A DNA stretch of 64,000 nt from Blastocatellia bacterium (GTDB taxonomy: Bacteria; Acidobacteriota; Blastocatellia; UBA7656), in assembly GCA_963765495.1 (NCBI GenBank), contig CAVXWP010000009.1, positions 192,001 to 256,000 on the forward strand, read 5' to 3'. Every line of letters begins with the position of its first letter. Position 1 is the stretch's first letter. Positions 60,182-64,000 of this stretch are shown in pieces. A program made the position numbers and the translations under genes. The notes under the pieces were generated by a model. The model saw only the letters and a list, made by a program, of their open reading frames with translations. It searched no databases and had not been told where the DNA came from.

Positions 60182-61126
60182 CTATTCCGACGCAGCCGCC
60201 ACCTCTTCTATCTCCGTCTCGGCCTCTTCCTTTACTGCCGTGACGACGGGGACAAGCTGTCTGTAAAGATCAAGTTCCCCGGCATAAAACGCCAGCCGCG
60301 CCCACATTCGCGAGGCCAGTGCTATCTGCCCGATTATGAAGGCAAACCCTACGCCCAGGATGGATGATTGAGGAATGACGCCCCTCAACCAGGCGAAAAC
60401 AAAGAAGAGAATCAGTCCCGCCACCGCAAGAATCACATAGAGCGAGAAGGTCTTCAGAAAATGTCTAAAGACAAAGCGCGACGATTTCAGCAATTCCTTA
60501 AACATTCGGTTACGCCGGTTCACAACCGCTCCTATGCGACCGTAATCGACTATCATATTCACCATCCAGAGCAGAAGAAGAAAGACAAACCCGGCGGCGT
60601 ATTTTTCAAACACGACGGGTCGCTGGGTCGTGGCTGTGCTGTTTGCGCTGTTGATGGGCCACATAATGAGCAGATAGATGCCTAAAGCAAGCCCGTAAAG
60701 AATTACCGAGAAGAGCGAGAGGCGGAAGAATCGCCAGAAATTGGCCCCGCAACCCGAAAAGAATTTCCTCATGCTAAAGCCTTGCTCTCTGCAATTGTAG
60801 ACTTCGAGGATACCTCCCGCGAAAAAAGTATAAAGCAGCAGGTAGGTCGCGCCCAGCACAAGCAGCATAAGGCCAACTTCAGCGCCCGTCGCAAGAGCCG
60901 ACCAGTCAGGAGTCTGCCCGTTGACTATGTCAGAAAACCATACGGCATCAATCTTGTCGGCAAACATGCGTTCGGCGAAAAGCGTATGCCCGGTCGTCTG
61001 CACTACGAACAGGAAGACAGGCACAGCCAGCGGAAGCGCGAATAAAATATTGGCTGCCAGAAGCAGGAGAATCATCCTCCAACTCAGGCTCGCCCGTTTG
61101 ATTCCGGTAATGAAAGAATTGATCAT
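60182..61126 (-). CDS. Hypothetical polytopic membrane protein
   Basis: About six TM segments, GAGG RBS, follows the M1 peptidase. Confidence 0.8.
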   Translation of the reverse strand: MINSFITGIKRASLSWRMILLLLAANILFALPLAVPVFLFVVQTTGHTLFAERMFADKIDAVWFSDIVNGQTPDWSALATGAEVGLMLLVLGATYLLLYTFFAGGILEVYNCREQGFSMRKFFSGCGANFWRFFRLSLFSVILYGLALGIYLLIMWPINSANSTATTQRPVVFEKYAAGFVFLLLLWMVNMIVDYGRIGAVVNRRNRMFKELLKSSRFVFRHFLKTFSLYVILAVAGLILFFVFAWLRGVIPQSSILGVGFAFIIGQIALASRMWARLAFYAGELDLYRQLVPVVTAVKEEAETEIEEVAAASE

Positions 61127-61259
61127 ATTGCCTCAACCCGTCAGCGCATTCACCCGTCCAGGGGGCGCTCGCCTATGGTGGAATCCCTAAAATGGAATCC
61201 ATAAAGTGGAACCCGGAAGTATCGTCGGCTGCGGCCATCGGTTCGCCGCCATTCCCCGT

Positions 61260-63443
61260 TCAACCAAAGAAGCTAACGGCCTGCAAAAAGGACTGGAACC
61301 AGAACATCGCTCCCGTAGACCATCTCGCGGCAGCGCCCGCGCCCGTGTGCTCTGTCCAGCTATTGTTAATTATGCTGGCATCGAGCAGAACTTTTTCGTG
61401 CGGGTCCAGTTGAGCCGTCTTCAGCTTCGAAGGGGTTGAAAACCTGAGTTTCTTCCAGCGATCTTTTATTGCCCACGAATCTTTCCACTGGCTTCCGTCC
61501 CGGCTGTTGCTGAACTGGTACTCGATGACCCCATCGTGCATAGAAACGGGCGCGGCACTGATCCGGCTGCCGTCTTCAAATGTAAAAAGCAACTCTACGG
61601 GGAAGTATGCCTCTCCCACGCGGCGTAGCGAGACTTCCGTTTGATAGTCGCCGCTTTTATCCCGGGAATCATCTTCTTTGACTTCCGTCTTCTGTCCGTT
61701 TTCGTCATAGAGGCCAAGACGTTCGCCTTGCTGCTCGCTTGTCGCATCCGATATCTCGTAATCGAGCGTCTGAGTTCCTTTGACAAACTGATCGAAGAAC
61801 CAGTTCATATCCTGCCCCGTGACACGGTTGACGGTTTCAAAGAAATCTTCACTCGAAGGATGTCGAAAACGCCACTGCCGTTGGTACTCGCGCATTACGC
61901 GCGCCATCTGGTCTTCACCCAGGAAGCGTTCCAGCGTACGCAATGTCAGTCCTGTGCGCGGGTAGGAATTCAGGCCGTAGCTGAGCGTGCTATAAAACTT
62001 CCAGGCGGGCGTCAGAATCGGATCGTTGAATTTGCCGCGCAGGGTGATTACGCGATCCTCGATTGGATGCGGAAATTCCGCCGGGAAATAAAGCAACGGA
62101 ATCCCCCACCATCTGAACGCCACCTCGTCCGCGCCGTAAGCCGTTTCGAGGACTTTCCCCGTCGAATAGGTGTTGAATCCTTCATCGAGCCACGACTCTT
62201 CAAATTCGTTTGTGGCCACAAGCCCGTACCAGAACTGATGCCCGAATTCGTGAACGATCACGCCTTCGGGATTTTGATCGTGGCCCGGCCACCACGTAGT
62301 GCCCGCCGTGATGAGCGTGGGATATTCCATGCCGCCTGCGCCGCCCGCCCCGTATGGAGGATCAACCACCGTCAATGTGTCGTAAGGGTATTTGCCGTAC
62401 CACAATCCGAAATATTTTATGGCGTTGAAGGCGGCCTTGAAATGGCGGTCAATCTGGTCCCGGTGTTCGGGTTGAATCACAAGGGTCACATCGACATTCT
62501 TGAGCTTGATCTGATCCTCGGGCAATTTGAGGCGCGCGGCTTCTGCCTGAATCTCCTGCTCGGTCACCTGTTGCTCGGCGTTGAAGGTGCGAACCTCTTT
62601 TATGTACCCGGCGTCCACGGTCCAGGCGAAATCGTGCACGTTCTCTTGAAAAAAATTGTATGTTATAGAGCCGTCTTCATTGGAACGCTCGAAGCGGAGC
62701 TTTCCGGTCGCCCCTATTTTATCTTTGTAGACGGGCGGCACGGTCAGGTTGACATCAAATACGCCAAAGTCTGCATAGAATTCGCTCGTAGCGTGGAATT
62801 GATGGCAATTCCACCCGGCCTTTTGAACGTGCCGTTCGCCTACCCCCTCCCACACGCCGATCTTTGGGAACCACTGACCCACCATTGCAAACCGGCCCCA
62901 GTAGCCGGTCCTTGCAAACACGCGAGGCAGCCTTGAAACGAAACTGATGTCGAGCGTTATCTGCTCGCCCGGCGTGACAGGCTTTGCCAGCCCCACGCGG
63001 ATTACCGTCTGGTCGTCAGCGTTGTCATCATCCGGATGAATAAATGCGATTTTGCCTGTAAGGTCCTCTCCGTCAACGATCTTCATCGAGTTCACATCAA
63101 TCCAGCCCCACTCGCCCGGTTCGAAACGGTCTCCGCGAAGCTCGCCGCCCGACTCCCTGAAGAATGTGCTCTTCTCGTTTTTGAAGGCGTTCAGATAAAG
63201 GTGGAATTGAAGCTCGGAAATCGTATCCGGCGAATCGTTGAGCCACGTGAGAAGTTCGTGGCCTTCGATCATCGTAGGTCGTTTTTGATCGTCGAGTTTG
63301 AGCGAGGCGTCAATCTTGTACCAGACAATCGGCTGTGGCTTGTTCTCGGGCATAGCCTGCTGCGCTTGAGCGGGCAGGGCGAACAAAAGAATCAGGGAGA
63401 GTAGAGAAAAAATCCCCGGATGATGGCCGGAATGCTTCTTCAT
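61260..63443 (-). CDS. Exported M1-family aminopeptidase with hydrophobic C-terminus
   Basis: GGMEYP, HEFGHQFW-x-WLDEG, signal peptide. ATG 63443 with GGAGG RBS. Confidence 0.92.
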   Translation of the reverse strand: MKKHSGHHPGIFSLLSLILLFALPAQAQQAMPENKPQPIVWYKIDASLKLDDQKRPTMIEGHELLTWLNDSPDTISELQFHLYLNAFKNEKSTFFRESGGELRGDRFEPGEWGWIDVNSMKIVDGEDLTGKIAFIHPDDDNADDQTVIRVGLAKPVTPGEQITLDISFVSRLPRVFARTGYWGRFAMVGQWFPKIGVWEGVGERHVQKAGWNCHQFHATSEFYADFGVFDVNLTVPPVYKDKIGATGKLRFERSNEDGSITYNFFQENVHDFAWTVDAGYIKEVRTFNAEQQVTEQEIQAEAARLKLPEDQIKLKNVDVTLVIQPEHRDQIDRHFKAAFNAIKYFGLWYGKYPYDTLTVVDPPYGAGGAGGMEYPTLITAGTTWWPGHDQNPEGVIVHEFGHQFWYGLVATNEFEESWLDEGFNTYSTGKVLETAYGADEVAFRWWGIPLLYFPAEFPHPIEDRVITLRGKFNDPILTPAWKFYSTLSYGLNSYPRTGLTLRTLERFLGEDQMARVMREYQRQWRFRHPSSEDFFETVNRVTGQDMNWFFDQFVKGTQTLDYEISDATSEQQGERLGLYDENGQKTEVKEDDSRDKSGDYQTEVSLRRVGEAYFPVELLFTFEDGSRISAAPVSMHDGVIEYQFSNSRDGSQWKDSWAIKDRWKKLRFSTPSKLKTAQLDPHEKVLLDASIINNSWTEHTGAGAAARWSTGAMFWFQSFLQAVSFFG

Positions 63444-63582
63444 CAGTAAGCCTCCATCAGTCTTAAAACAACCCAGGTTAATCAAGTGAAGTGCCGTATC
63501 AGAGCCGTGGACAGCCAGTTACCGAGGAGCCGCCCGCCGCACTTATATCAGAAAACCTTTGATTGAACAATGATACGATGCC

Positions 63583-63682
63583 GATTCGTGATTCGTGATT
63601 CGTCATTCGTGACCCGTGGAATTTCCTGTAAAAAGACATTTTTCTTTAAGGTCACGGATCACGGATCACGAATCACGAATCA
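63583..63682. repeat. 7-nt-unit inverted repeat element
   Basis: GATTCGT units ... ACGAATC units. Confidence 0.85.
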
Positions 63683-64000
63683 TTACCGCGACGGGTATAT
63701 GTGATAGAGCATCAGGTAAACGATGACGCCCGTGACTGAAACATACAACCACATGGGAAAGGTCCATCGCGCGATTTTTCGATGCCGGGCAAACTGGCCT
63801 TTGAGCCCGCGTGTGAGTGTTACGGCGACAAAGGGAACTATGGTGATGGCAAGGGCTGTGTGGGTAATCAGGATAAAGAAGTAAACGGGTCTGGCAAGGC
63901 CGGTTCCCTGAAAACGGGTCGCGCCCGCGTGATAATGATAGATCAGATAGGAGATAAGGAATATGACGGACACGCAGACCGCGCTCAACATAACCCCGCG
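63683..64000 (-). CDS. DUF420-family membrane protein (5' end outside the window)
   Basis: FLISYLIYH, YFFILITH, HRKIARWTFPMWLYVSVTG. Confidence 0.88.
   Translation of the reverse strand, partial: RGVMLSAVCVSVIFLISYLIYHYHAGATRFQGTGLARPVYFFILITHTALAITIVPFVAVTLTRGLKGQFARHRKIARWTFPMWLYVSVTGVIVYLMLYHIYPSR

Noticed and set aside
61641-62936. Long antisense ORFs (also 4087-4863, 13561-14322, 21473-22300, 56236-57036)
   Set aside because: Shadow frames opposite well-supported genes, with no recognisable motifs.

Overview
Mostly core chromosome of a moderately GC-rich Gram-negative bacterium. ADOP-type permeases, the ECF/kinase pair and many exported HEAT-repeat proteins suggest Acidobacteriota (inference). 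The left edge is the end of an integrated element: a tyrosine integrase stopping 9 nt from the 3' end of tRNA-Arg(CCG). Housekeeping genes are rpsU, deoB, suhB, thrB, a plsC-like gene, gyrA and a moaD-moaE fusion. There are also several exported peptidases, two Ser/Thr kinases, a beta-propeller two-component system and an orphan DNA methyltransferase. Main observations: (1) a BlaI / M56-HEAT sensor / ADOP permease / secreted HEAT / ADOP permease locus with a visible promoter and twin palindromic operators, my best candidate for an undescribed system; (2) a BCP-type peroxiredoxin that the ORF track truncates, with an in-frame TGA at the peroxidatic Cys position and a SECIS-like hairpin (probable selenoprotein); (3) many intergenic inverted-repeat elements built from 7-, 8- and 9-nt units, one sitting in-frame inside a gene. 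All calls come from reading motifs by eye; no database searches were run.
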